IMG/VR virus record: IMGVR_UViG_3300031911_000002 | Coordinates: 1-64,000 of that record | DNA length: 64,000 bases | Strand: one strand, 5' to 3' | Source: a virus | Shown: positions 1 through 9,289 of the stretch, in pieces | Position numbering within the stretch: the first letter of the stretch is position 1 | Layout of the letters: each line of letters starts with the position of its first letter | Notes under the pieces: generated by a model | The model's database searches: none | What the model saw: the letters and a program-made list of their open reading frames with translations, nothing else | What the model was told of the DNA's origin: nothing | Translations under genes and position numbers: made by a program

Positions 1-842
1 TCCGGCTGAGCAAGGGCACGAGCAAGCTGAACCTGCCTCGCTGGGTCACCCTGACCACGCAGCAGATGGTGGACCGGGGCGTCACCGTGGCCTGGAGGGA
101 CCGGCCCGTATACCGGTTCCGGCTGCCCGTACAGCAATCCGTGCAGGCACCCGAGGCGGACCTGCCGCTGGACCCGTACGTGCTCGGGGCCTGGCTGGGG
201 GACGGCTCGTCCGAGGGAAGCCGGTTCACCTGCCACCCGGACGATATGCAGATCATGGACGAGATCCGGGCCGCCGGGATCCCGGTCCGCAAGACCGGGA
301 AGTCCCCGCTCTCCTGGACTCTCGGGGACGGGACGCACCGGAAGGACGGCACGGCCGTCAGCGCCCGTCTGAGGGCTCTCGGGGTGCTTGGGGGCAAGCA
401 CGTACCCGAGGCGTACCTGACGGCTTCAGCGGGGCAGAGGCTGGCGCTCTTGCAGGGTCTGATGGACACGGACGGGTTCGCTTCGGCGGGCCAGGGGCAG
501 GCAGAGTTCTGCACGACACGCCGGACCCTGGCGGACGCGGTGCTGTACCTGGCCAGGTCCCTGGGGTGGAAGGCCACGGTCAAGGAAGGCCGGGCCACCC
601 TGGACGGCCGGGACTGCGGGCCGAAGTGGCGTGTCATGTGGACGCCCGGCCCGGACGGGATGATCCCGTTCCGGCTGAAGCGCAAGGCGGACCGTATCCG
701 GGCCAGCCGGTCCCGGATACGGCCGACTGAGCCGAGCATCGTGTCCATCGAACGGGTGGAGTCCCGGCCGGTGCGCTGCATCACGGTGGACCGGGATGAC
801 GCGCTGTACCTGGCGGGCCGGGACCTGGTCCCGACGCACAAC
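1..842 (+). mobile_element. Intein with LAGLIDADG homing endonuclease (N-terminus outside window)
   Basis: Two LAGLIDADG-like blocks (DPYVLGAWLGDG, LLQGLMDTDG) and the C-terminal splice junction LYLAGRDLVPTHN/S, with Ser+1 at 843-845. The position fits insertion in the helicase Walker A (GK/S). Confidence 0.9.
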
Positions 843-3800
843 AGCACGGTCTACGACGTGTGCGCGATGGTGCTCGGCAAGTACCACGTGCAGGTCAGCG
901 ACCGGGTCATCCTCGGGGCCGCCAGTGACAACCACCCGACCGAGATCATGGACCTGCTCGGGGCGCGGTACGCGGTCCTGGAGGAGACCCCGGAGGCGAG
1001 GCGCCTGGACACCAACCGGGCCAAGAAGCTGGCGGGCACGCGGGAGATCACCGGCCGCCGGATCCGGCAGGACCCTGTGACCTTCGAGGCCACCCACAGC
1101 CTGTTCATCAACTCCAACCACAAGCCCCTGGTGGACGAGACGGACCACGGCACGTGGAGGCGCCTCGCCCTGATGGTGTGGCCGCACACCTACCGGAAGC
1201 GTCAGGAGGACCTCAGGGGGCCGAACGACCGCCTGGGGGACCCGACGCTGCGCCTGCGGCTCAAGGAGGACCCGCAGGCGCGGGAGGCCGCTCTGGCGTG
1301 GATCGCGGAGGGCGCGCGGCGCTGGTACGAGATGGACCGGATCATGCCGCCGGTCCCGGAGCGGGTGGAGGAGGACACCCTCGCGTGGCGCAAGGAGAGC
1401 GACCCCGTGCTCAGCTTCGCCGACGAGCACCTCCAGTTCGACCTCGACGCCTGCATCGCCGGACAGGAACTACGGAGCGTATTCAACGAGTGGCTCGTCA
1501 AGGTCAAGGGAGCGCGCGAGTGGGGCGACAAGACGTTCCTCGCGCGCTTCCAGGGGCACGACGCGATGACCACTCATTCGGTGGTCTACAAGGTCGTCAA
1601 GAACCCTCAGCGGCTGTCCTCGCGGGAGGGCGGCGAGGGGCCGAAGACGGGGACCGTCCGGGCGTGGCTCGGGCTGAAGTGGGCGACCGGAGGCGACGAT
1701 TCCGGAGAAGGTAACGAGGAGGTAAAAGACCCGTTCGGAGGGGGTGACACCAAGATCGGTTACAGCGGTTACACGTCGCCGGTTAACGGGAAGATTCCCT
1801 ATCGCATAGCCGTTAACTTTGGAAGTGTAACCGGTGTAACCGGACCGGAGTCCGCTTCTGAAACGATCTCCGATCCGGCCCCCGAGGAGTACCCGGACGA
1901 CCCCTTCGCAGAGGCGGACCCGGAGCCCTCCCCGGCCCCCTCCCTCCCCGTCCTGCGGGGCGCGGTCGGGTGGGACCTGGAGACCCCCTCGGCCAAGCAG
2001 CTGTTTACGTTCCGTAGCGACGAGGCGGCCCCGTACGCCCGGCTGTGCGGCGTGGTCGACGAGGACGGGCAGCGGGTGATCGTCAACAGCCCCGAGGAGC
2101 TGATCACGCTCCTGGAGCGCGCGCCGGTCATCCACGCCCACAACGGCTTCCGGTTCGACCTGATGGCGCTGGCGTGGCACCACGGTGCCGACTACGACCG
2201 GCTGGCGGCCAAGCTGTGGGACACCTACGTGGACGCGACCGTGCTCGACCCTCCGGGCGCCAAGGGACAGAAACCGTGGGCGAACGAGGGGTACTACGGG
2301 CTGGACCAGGTGGCGGAGCGTCTCGGCCTGCCCGGCAAGACGGACCGCCTCCCCGAGCTGGCCAAGGAGTTCGCCTCCCCCGGCCTGACCGGCAGGGAGG
2401 CGGAGGAGGACGGCTACGGCCGCATCCCCGTGGACAACGAGCGCTACCGGTCGTACCTGATGGGAGACCTGGGGGCACAGCAGAGCGTCGGCCAGAGGAT
2501 GCTCTCCGTGCCGGAGAGGATGGACTACCGGCGCCGGGAGCAGAGGGTGGCGCACATCCAGAACCGGATGACCCTGTCCGGCTGGAAGGTGGACGTCCCG
2601 CTCCTCGACCGCCTGGTGCGTGAGGAGCAGGACAAGGTGGCGGAGTCCCTCGCGTGGCTGCACGAGAACGCCGGGGTGCCTCTGACCGAGACCAGGACCC
2701 GTGGCCGGAGAGCGGCCAAGGAGACCTACGAGGTGCCCCGCAAGAGCCCACTGGGCTCGAACGCGGGCAAGGAGGCTCTCATCCGTGCCTTCGCCGAACG
2801 GGGCGCCTACTCGGTGCCCCGGACCGAGTCCGGCGTCCTCGCCCTGAACAAGGACGCGCTCGGGGAGGGCTCGTACATGGTCGGCAAGGGCGGCCGGGGA
2901 CAGCTGCGGCCGGGGATGCTCAACCCCCGCGTCCTGGCCACGTTCGCCGACCGGGGAGCCGACGTGGAGGCCATCCGTGAGCTGTGCGACCACATCAAGC
3001 TGGTGACCACCTCGGTGCAGAAGTACGCCGAGATCCAGCAGCACCTGATCGGGGACCGGGTCCACGCTCACGTCGGCGAGACCCAGGGATCCCGCCGATG
3101 GGCCATGGTCAAGCCCTCGGTCACCAACATGGGCAAGCGGGGCGGCAAGGTCGCGCAGAGGGCGCCCATGATCGCCGACGACGGGTGCGTGCTGATCGCG
3201 TTCGACTTCGATCAGGTCGACATGCGCGCGTTCGCCGGGCACTGCGGTGACCCGGCGTACGTGGGGATGTTCGTGCGGGACGAGGACCCCCACAGCATGA
3301 TCGCCGACATGGTGTTCGGCCGCCACGACGGCGAGTGGCGTGAGCGGGCCAAGGCGTCCGGCCACGGCTGGAACTACGGCCTGAGCGTGAACGGCCTGGT
3401 CAACTCCGGCATCGAGCGGGAGCTGGCGGAGCGGTTCGACGCCGGTATGAACGAGGGGTACCCGGTGCTGTGCTCCTGGCGCTCGGACGTCCGGGCACAG
3501 GGCGAGGCCGGTCAGCTCCTGGACAACGGCTTCGGCGCCCTGATGCGCTGCGACCCCCACCGTGCCTACACCCAGGCACCGGCACTGATGGGCCAGGGCA
3601 CCGCTCGGGACATCATGTGTGAGGGGCTGCTGCGGCTGCCGGAGGAATACATCCCGTGGCTGCGGGGCGTGGTGCACGACGAGGCCGTGCTCAGCGTGCC
3701 GGAGGACCGGGTGGAGGAGTGCATCGCCACCGTGACGGCCGCCTTCACGATGGACCTCGCGGAGATCACAGGGGGGCGCCTGACGAGCGTCCCGATCAAG

Positions 3801-3854
3801 GCGGGCGCGAGCAGGCCCGGACACAACTGGGCTGCCTGCTACGCCAAGGACTGA
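1..3854 (+). CDS. Primase/SF3 (D5/P4-like) helicase - family A DNA polymerase fusion, 5'-truncated by the window, intein-containing
   Basis: The frame is open to the window edge. After the intein come helicase motifs (RYAVLEET, LFINSNHKP, GTWRRL), 3'-5' exonuclease motifs (GWDLET, HNGFRFD, WDT) and PolA motifs A (DFDQVDMR), B (RAKASGHGWNYG) and C (VHDE). Confidence 0.88.
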   Translation, partial: RLSKGTSKLNLPRWVTLTTQQMVDRGVTVAWRDRPVYRFRLPVQQSVQAPEADLPLDPYVLGAWLGDGSSEGSRFTCHPDDMQIMDEIRAAGIPVRKTGKSPLSWTLGDGTHRKDGTAVSARLRALGVLGGKHVPEAYLTASAGQRLALLQGLMDTDGFASAGQGQAEFCTTRRTLADAVLYLARSLGWKATVKEGRATLDGRDCGPKWRVMWTPGPDGMIPFRLKRKADRIRASRSRIRPTEPSIVSIERVESRPVRCITVDRDDALYLAGRDLVPTHNSTVYDVCAMVLGKYHVQVSDRVILGAASDNHPTEIMDLLGARYAVLEETPEARRLDTNRAKKLAGTREITGRRIRQDPVTFEATHSLFINSNHKPLVDETDHGTWRRLALMVWPHTYRKRQEDLRGPNDRLGDPTLRLRLKEDPQAREAALAWIAEGARRWYEMDRIMPPVPERVEEDTLAWRKESDPVLSFADEHLQFDLDACIAGQELRSVFNEWLVKVKGAREWGDKTFLARFQGHDAMTTHSVVYKVVKNPQRLSSREGGEGPKTGTVRAWLGLKWATGGDDSGEGNEEVKDPFGGGDTKIGYSGYTSPVNGKIPYRIAVNFGSVTGVTGPESASETISDPAPEEYPDDPFAEADPEPSPAPSLPVLRGAVGWDLETPSAKQLFTFRSDEAAPYARLCGVVDEDGQRVIVNSPEELITLLERAPVIHAHNGFRFDLMALAWHHGADYDRLAAKLWDTYVDATVLDPPGAKGQKPWANEGYYGLDQVAERLGLPGKTDRLPELAKEFASPGLTGREAEEDGYGRIPVDNERYRSYLMGDLGAQQSVGQRMLSVPERMDYRRREQRVAHIQNRMTLSGWKVDVPLLDRLVREEQDKVAESLAWLHENAGVPLTETRTRGRRAAKETYEVPRKSPLGSNAGKEALIRAFAERGAYSVPRTESGVLALNKDALGEGSYMVGKGGRGQLRPGMLNPRVLATFADRGADVEAIRELCDHIKLVTTSVQKYAEIQQHLIGDRVHAHVGETQGSRRWAMVKPSVTNMGKRGGKVAQRAPMIADDGCVLIAFDFDQVDMRAFAGHCGDPAYVGMFVRDEDPHSMIADMVFGRHDGEWRERAKASGHGWNYGLSVNGLVNSGIERELAERFDAGMNEGYPVLCSWRSDVRAQGEAGQLLDNGFGALMRCDPHRAYTQAPALMGQGTARDIMCEGLLRLPEEYIPWLRGVVHDEAVLSVPEDRVEECIATVTAAFTMDLAEITGGRLTSVPIKAGASRPGHNWAACYAKD
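1757..1842. repeat. Symmetric inverted iteron-like structure inside the helicase-PolA linker (candidate origin)
   Basis: CGGTTACAg CGGTTACAC-N7-GTTAACGG-N20-CCGTTAAC-N7-GTGTAACCG GTGTAACCG; locally AT-rich. Confidence 0.65.
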
Positions 3855-3870
3855 CCAAGGAGGAGAGATC

Positions 3871-4275
3871 ATGATCAAGGTTCAGTGCGACATCGGCGGG
3901 GAGCAGGCGGAGACCTCGGGGGTGTTCCTGCCGCTCCCCCGGATGGGGGTCCCGTTCTTCAAGCCGGAGCTGCCCGACGGCTGGCGCCGGATGGAGGTCC
4001 CGATGCCGGACGGGTCCGCCTGGGAGCGCCACGCCTGCCCGGCGTGCCTGCGCAGGCTGTGGGAACTGTTCGGGGTCCCGGACCCGGAGGCGGAGCGGTG
4101 CGTGGCCTGCGGGCACACCCCGAAGGACCACGAGGGGCACCTGGGCTGCACCTCTACGGTCACGAAGGTGACCGGGGAGGGCAACGATGCGGTGCACTCG
4201 ACCGGCGACTGCCCGTGCGTCCTGTCCCCGGTCGAGTGTCTCGACGAGACCTGGATGCCGGAGGCGAGGGCATGA
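3871..4275 (+). CDS. Hypothetical Cys/His-rich protein
   Basis: AGGAGG RBS; CxxC motifs; follows the polymerase gene. Confidence 0.65.
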   Translation: MIKVQCDIGGEQAETSGVFLPLPRMGVPFFKPELPDGWRRMEVPMPDGSAWERHACPACLRRLWELFGVPDPEAERCVACGHTPKDHEGHLGCTSTVTKVTGEGNDAVHSTGDCPCVLSPVECLDETWMPEARA

Positions 4276-4772
4276 CCGAGGACGAGATCCTGGGGATCCT
4301 GATCGGCCCGGTCGTGCTCGGCCTCGTCGCCCTGCTCACCGACCTCCTCGTCGACGGGACGAGCCGGTGCCTGTGGCCGAGGGGACTGCGCTGGTTCCCT
4401 CCGGCCTGGGAGGCACTCAAGGGCACGCTGCGGTACGCCCTGCTGCGGATCTTTTGGCCGGAAAAGGCGCTGAGGCGTCCCGGCCGCCGTCTGCGGGAGC
4501 TGGAGAGCCTGGACCAGACCTACCGCACGTGGGCCGGGTCCGGGGTCCCCCAGTGGTACGGCGACGACCGCCGGGGGCACTGGGCGCCCTGTACGGCCGT
4601 ACGGGCGCCGCAGACGACTGATCTGACCGAGGACCTGGAGCGCATCCTCAGCGCCCTGGAGACGGCCGCCGGGGCGTGTCCCTGCGGCTACACGGACGAG
4701 TGCCCGGTCCACTGCGGCAGCGGGCACGAGAGCGGGCAGTGCCCCAAGCCGGGCGTGCTGTACGACCGGTGA
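4272..4772 (+). CDS. Hypothetical membrane-anchored protein
   Basis: ATGA overlap with the upstream stop; N-terminal hydrophobic helix; Cys-rich C-terminus. Confidence 0.6.
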   Translation: MTEDEILGILIGPVVLGLVALLTDLLVDGTSRCLWPRGLRWFPPAWEALKGTLRYALLRIFWPEKALRRPGRRLRELESLDQTYRTWAGSGVPQWYGDDRRGHWAPCTAVRAPQTTDLTEDLERILSALETAAGACPCGYTDECPVHCGSGHESGQCPKPGVLYDR

Positions 4773-4843
4773 CGGAGCGGTTCGGCCCAAGCCGGACCGG
4801 GTACACAGAACTACGTAGACCTACGCGGAAGGGAACACAGACC

Positions 4844-5581
4844 ATGGACCAGAGGATCAAGGCTCTGCGGGACGCACTGGCGGACCTCGGCCAGGACACC
4901 CGGCAGTGGACCGACGAGGATCTGCTCAGCCGGGTCCTGTCCGGCGGGCCGTCCCGGCTCCCGGCGTGGGCGGACCGGCCGTGGGCCGACCGCCTCGACA
5001 CGCTGCGGGCGGAGCTGACCCGTGAGGGCCAGGACGTCTCCGGTCTGAGCGACGGGGAGCTGCTGGGCCTGGAGCTGAACCGGGCGTGGGCCGAAGCCCG
5101 GCGTCACGAGAACGCTTACGCGTCCCTGCTCCAGCACCGGGTCCGGGACGAGCGCGCGGTGCGCACAGCCGCACGGCAGGCGGCCGTCGCCGACATCACG
5201 GCGCAGGCGGGTTTGTACATCCAGGTCATCATCCGGCAGAACGCGTCCCACCTGGAGGGCGTGATCTACCGGGCGGAGAACCTCCCCGAGGACGGGCGCG
5301 CCACGCCGACCGCCGTCAAGGAGCTGCGGGAGGCGGCGCTGCGGTCGCGGTGGATGCTGCGGGGGCTGGCCAGTGACTCCGCCATCGCGCGGGCCGGGCG
5401 GGACGAGGACGTACAGCACCTGGAGGCCCTCAAGGCGGAGATCCGCCGCATGACGCGGGCCGTCAAGGCGGCCGGAAGGCGCCTGCACGACGAGACCGCC
5501 GTTTTCCACGCGGGGATGTGCGAGTGCCCCGGCTGTGAGCTGCTCCGGTCCGTCCACGACACGGAGGGCGAGCAGCCGTGA
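4844..5581 (+). CDS. Hypothetical protein
   Basis: Start MDQRIK after a purine-rich leader; GC3-rich codons; C-terminal CECPGC. Confidence 0.6.
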   Translation: MDQRIKALRDALADLGQDTRQWTDEDLLSRVLSGGPSRLPAWADRPWADRLDTLRAELTREGQDVSGLSDGELLGLELNRAWAEARRHENAYASLLQHRVRDERAVRTAARQAAVADITAQAGLYIQVIIRQNASHLEGVIYRAENLPEDGRATPTAVKELREAALRSRWMLRGLASDSAIARAGRDEDVQHLEALKAEIRRMTRAVKAAGRRLHDETAVFHAGMCECPGCELLRSVHDTEGEQP

Positions 5582-5838
5582 TCCGCAAGATCCTCAAAGG
5601 CGTGCTCAGGGCCGCCATCGCGCAGCCCTGGGACTACGTCGGCGAGGGCGCGCCCCACGAGCGCGAGGTGCGGTGGTCCCCGGACGGCCGGTACCTCGCG
5701 CTGTGGGACCCCGGCAACGAGCCCTGGTTCGTGATCGACACGGCGGCCGTCCGGGGCCGGTTCGTCTCGACCCCCGACCTCGACCGGCACGCCGACGACT
5801 GGGTGCCGTTCCTTCCCCTGGAGGATCCCGATGAGTGA
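5578..5838 (+). CDS. Hypothetical protein
   Basis: GTGA overlap with the upstream stop. Confidence 0.55.
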   Translation: MIRKILKGVLRAAIAQPWDYVGEGAPHEREVRWSPDGRYLALWDPGNEPWFVIDTAAVRGRFVSTPDLDRHADDWVPFLPLEDPDE

Positions 5839-6061
5839 GCGCGAGACGACCGACGTCCGGGGGCGCACCGTGCGCGCCGGGGACACCGTCGGAGGAGCCG
5901 TGTTCGGCCGGTACCCGGACACCGTCTGGGGCACGGTCCTCAAGGTGACCCCGTCCGGATCGGTCCGGGTGGAGGTCGAGCACGGCAGCGGAGGGTACCG
6001 GCCCTCCCCCGGCGACGTGTTGCTGCTCCCCAGGCACAGGATCTTCAAGCTGGACGACTGA
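5831..6061 (+). CDS. Hypothetical small beta-barrel (SH3/KOW-like) protein
   Basis: GGAGG RBS; DVRGRTVRAGDTV pattern. Confidence 0.55.
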   Translation: MSERETTDVRGRTVRAGDTVGGAVFGRYPDTVWGTVLKVTPSGSVRVEVEHGSGGYRPSPGDVLLLPRHRIFKLDD

Positions 6062-6149
6062 CCGGCGGCCGGTGCTCCCACAGGGCACCGGCCGCTCCGT
6101 GCTGGGGCATCATGAGCCCTACCGATCAACGCACACGGAGGAACGATCT

Positions 6150-6941
6150 ATGACCACGGAGTACATCGAGACCCGCATGGTCCCCCTCGCGCAGCTCCAG
6201 CCGTACCCCGGCAACGCGCGCCACGGTGACCGGGGCGTGCTCGTGGAGTCGCTGGAGGAGAACGGCCAGTACCGCTCCCTGGTGGTCCGGCGCACCGACG
6301 ACGGCGAGCACGTGGTGCTGTGCGGCAACAACACCCTGGCCGCCCTGGAGGAGCGAGGCGACGAGGCGGCGCGCTGCGAGATCGTCCGCTGCGACGACGC
6401 GACCGCCCTGCGGGTGAACCTCGTCGACAACGCCTCCAACGACAAGGCGACGTACGACGACGAGGCACGGGCCCGCCTGGTGGCCCTGCTGGACGGCGAG
6501 CTGACCGGCTCCGGCTACACCGACGAGGAGGCGGACGCGCTCCTGGCCCAGTACGAGGAGCCGGAGGTCACCGCGTACGAGGAGCCGGACGTCAGCTACA
6601 ACGACGACGAGGAGGAGCGCGAGGCACGCATCGCCTCCCGTGGCGGGCACGAGTCGTCCCCGATGGTCAGCCGGGGCATCCGGGACGTGCTCCTGGTGCT
6701 CCCCAACGAGCAGGCCGACGAACTGGGCCGGATCATCATGCGCCTGCGCAAAGACTGGGGATCCCTCCCGCAGGGAGAGATCATCCTCAAGGGGATGCGG
6801 GTGGCTGTGACGGCGATGGACGACACCCCGGACGGCGACGACGTCGTGAGCGGGGCGCACCTGCGCAAGGCGGCCGACGAGGTCTACGGCGCTCCGGAGG
6901 AGGTGGCAGCCGGTGACCACGGCGCAGACGACCCGGCGTGA
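6150..6941 (+). CDS. ParB/Srx N-terminal domain protein
   Basis: LQPYPGNARHGD..L.ESLEENGQYRSLVV..VLCGN..L.A..NLVDN pattern of phage ParB-like proteins; GGAGG RBS. Confidence 0.8.
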   Translation: MTTEYIETRMVPLAQLQPYPGNARHGDRGVLVESLEENGQYRSLVVRRTDDGEHVVLCGNNTLAALEERGDEAARCEIVRCDDATALRVNLVDNASNDKATYDDEARARLVALLDGELTGSGYTDEEADALLAQYEEPEVTAYEEPDVSYNDDEEEREARIASRGGHESSPMVSRGIRDVLLVLPNEQADELGRIIMRLRKDWGSLPQGEIILKGMRVAVTAMDDTPDGDDVVSGAHLRKAADEVYGAPEEVAAGDHGADDPA

Positions 6942-7836
6942 GGACTACTACCGCTTCCACGAGATCCAGGTGGAGTGCGGGGACATGGACCCGGCGTACC
7001 CGGTCCTGCGGGACATAGCCGACCGGTGGACGTCGTCCGTGGAACAGCGGCTGTGGCTGGTGATCGTCTTCACGGCCTACTACCACCTGGGCTCCGCCCT
7101 GCGTGCGTTTGCGGAGACTTCCAACCCACGGCACGCCTGCGGCGCGGCACTCGACCTCCCGTGCGCCACGGAGCGCCGGGGGCACTGGTACAGGCCCCGT
7201 CTGCGCAGGCACCTCGCGGCGGTGCAGGAGATCGCGCGCGGCCCCGGAGGGCTGGAGCAGTGGCTGCTCTCCGACCTCAACGGCACCCCCGAGGAGAACT
7301 GGGCTCAGGTGCAGCACCGCGCCGGGCTGCTCCCCGGCAACGGCCGGTGGGCGTCCTTCAAGACCACGGAGCTGGTCAAGTCGGTGCTCGGGGTGGAGCT
7401 GCGGGCGCCCGACATGCAGCACGCGCACTCCTCCGGCCCCCGGCACGGGCTGGACCTGCTGTACGCCAACCTGCCTACCGGCAACGACCGGGCCGACATC
7501 GCCGTGCTCGACCGGGTCAGTGCGCAGCTGGTCGACGACATGAGGCGCCATGGGCTGAAGGTCTCCGTGGAGACCGCCGAGACCTCGCTGTGCGACTTCC
7601 ACTCCATGGTGAACGGCAGGTACTACCCCGGCCGGGACATCGACCAGATGCAGCTCCAGCTGGACGCGGTCCCCTCGGTCCTCGCCGACTACGCCTGGCG
7701 CGCCCGGCGCCGGACCCTCCCCCTGCACTACCTCGGGGAGGTCACGGGGCGCTCCGGCGTCGACCGCCAGGCCATGATCTGCTACCGCACCACGGGCCGC
7801 ATCCCGGTCCGGGACACCTCGGGAGAACTGCGATGA
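6913..7836 (+). CDS. aGPT-Pplase clade 2 / amino acid:DNA transferase
   Basis: DMDPAY, WL....AYYH, ERRGH, GNGRWASFK..E, SGPRHGL and ETSLCDF..GRYYPGRDI motifs; kinase and TET/JBP neighbours. Confidence 0.8.
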   Translation: MTTAQTTRREDYYRFHEIQVECGDMDPAYPVLRDIADRWTSSVEQRLWLVIVFTAYYHLGSALRAFAETSNPRHACGAALDLPCATERRGHWYRPRLRRHLAAVQEIARGPGGLEQWLLSDLNGTPEENWAQVQHRAGLLPGNGRWASFKTTELVKSVLGVELRAPDMQHAHSSGPRHGLDLLYANLPTGNDRADIAVLDRVSAQLVDDMRRHGLKVSVETAETSLCDFHSMVNGRYYPGRDIDQMQLQLDAVPSVLADYAWRARRRTLPLHYLGEVTGRSGVDRQAMICYRTTGRIPVRDTSGELR

Positions 7837-8675
7837 AGATCCTTGTCGCCGGAGCGGGCATCGCCGGGTCCGTCCTCACACACATGCTCCGGGAGCGCGG
7901 GCACGAGGTCACCCTGATCGACCCGTGGCCCCGCCGGTCCGCGTCCCACTGCGCGTACGCCTACCTGCGCACCGCCTGGTTCAAGGGGGCCGACAAGCAC
8001 CGGGTCCGGGAGTCTCTGGCCTGGTACGAGCGCCGGGGCGACATCGTCACCCGCACCGGCTCCGTGACCACCGGCCGGTCCGAGGACGACACGCTGAAGG
8101 TCCGGAACCAGTCGGATCACGTCCTGGTCCACCCGTCCCGTCCACTGCTCGTCCCGGACATCCTGTGGGGCGTGACGCGGTACAGGGAGGTTCCGGGTGG
8201 TGTGCTCGTCGACACGACCGAGGGCCTGCCCCTCGACGCGCAGCACCTCGTGCTCGCCTGCGGAGCGGGGATGGACCGCTGGTACACCGGTTCCCCGGTC
8301 TACGGCGGAGTGTACGAGTGCAAGAGCTACCGGATGATCACGCCGCTGAAGCTGCTGCGCGTCACGGACCGCCTCACGCACGTGGCGGCCGATGACGGCG
8401 CGGTCACCCGCACCGCCGCGTCCAAGGGGCGCACCCCCGAGGAGGCACGGGCGCGGGCCGACAAGATCCTGGAGCTGATGATGGACCGGGGAATGATCGC
8501 CTGCACCCGGCGGTGGACCTACCGGGCCGGGGTGCGGTGGCAGTCGATCGACCGGGCCCCCGTGGCGGACCGGATCAGCGAGCACGTGTGGGCCCTGACC
8601 GGGTTCGCCCGCAACGGCTACGCCATGGCGCCCTCGTACGCGAACGACCTCGTCACCAAGCTGGAGGCGGCATGA
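7833..8675 (+). CDS. FAD-dependent oxidoreductase/lyase (DAO/glycine-oxidase fold)
   Basis: Rossmann motif VAGAGIAG..HEVTLID, LVLACG, C-terminal TGFARNGYAMAP; ATGA overlap. Confidence 0.82.
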   Translation: MKILVAGAGIAGSVLTHMLRERGHEVTLIDPWPRRSASHCAYAYLRTAWFKGADKHRVRESLAWYERRGDIVTRTGSVTTGRSEDDTLKVRNQSDHVLVHPSRPLLVPDILWGVTRYREVPGGVLVDTTEGLPLDAQHLVLACGAGMDRWYTGSPVYGGVYECKSYRMITPLKLLRVTDRLTHVAADDGAVTRTAASKGRTPEEARARADKILELMMDRGMIACTRRWTYRAGVRWQSIDRAPVADRISEHVWALTGFARNGYAMAPSYANDLVTKLEAA

Positions 8676-9286
8676 TCTCGAACCTGCTGTACATCTGCGG
8701 CGCCCCCGGCGTCGGCAAGTCGACCGTCTCCAGGGCGCTGCGGGAGCCGTGGGACTGCGAGGTGATGCGCCACACGGCGGTCCCGCACATACAGCTGCGC
8801 CACCCCGTCAGCGGCACGCCGCAGGGTCTGGAGCTGGGACTGCCCCGTGACGACTTCCCCGGCACTGACGCCCTGAGCATGTCGATCGCCCCGGCCGCCC
8901 TCCAGTTCCTCAGCTCCAGCTACGCCTCGTTCGCGACGGGCGAGGGGGCCCGCCTCGCCACGCGCCCGTTCCTGGAGGCCCTCGCGGCGCGAGGCGTGGC
9001 TGTAACGCTCGTACGACTGGCGGCCGACCCGGAGCTGCTGGAGGAGCGCTGGAGGGCGCGAGGCGCCAAGCAGAGCCCTTCCTGGCGCAAGGGGGCCGAC
9101 ACGCGGGCGCGCCGTCTCGGGGAGTGGTTCAGCGACGCCATGGCGGACCTCCCCGGCCCGTGCCTGTACCTCGACATGGACGTCACGGAGATGAGCGTGG
9201 CCGACACGGCGGACCGGATCCGGGACGCCTTCCCCCACGTGGTGCCCCTCGGCACCGATCCGGCGCAGCGCAAGGTGGGAGACTGA
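8672..9286 (+). CDS. P-loop kinase, putative 5-hydroxymethyluracil-DNA kinase
   Basis: Walker A GAPGVGKST, FPGTDALSMS, EGARLA, ERWRARG; context with aGPT-Pplase2. Confidence 0.75.
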   Translation: MISNLLYICGAPGVGKSTVSRALREPWDCEVMRHTAVPHIQLRHPVSGTPQGLELGLPRDDFPGTDALSMSIAPAALQFLSSSYASFATGEGARLATRPFLEALAARGVAVTLVRLAADPELLEERWRARGAKQSPSWRKGADTRARRLGEWFSDAMADLPGPCLYLDMDVTEMSVADTADRIRDAFPHVVPLGTDPAQRKVGD

Positions 9287-9289
9287 ACC

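Noticed and set aside
1-3854. PolA as DpoZ of a Z-genome phage
   Set aside because: No purZ, datZ or mazZ seen; the modification genes point to pyrimidine chemistry.
6975-7832. Apparent 566-aa version of the FAD enzyme
   Set aside because: The upstream part overlaps the aGPT-Pplase2 gene in another frame; the real start is the ATGA-coupled ATG at 7833.
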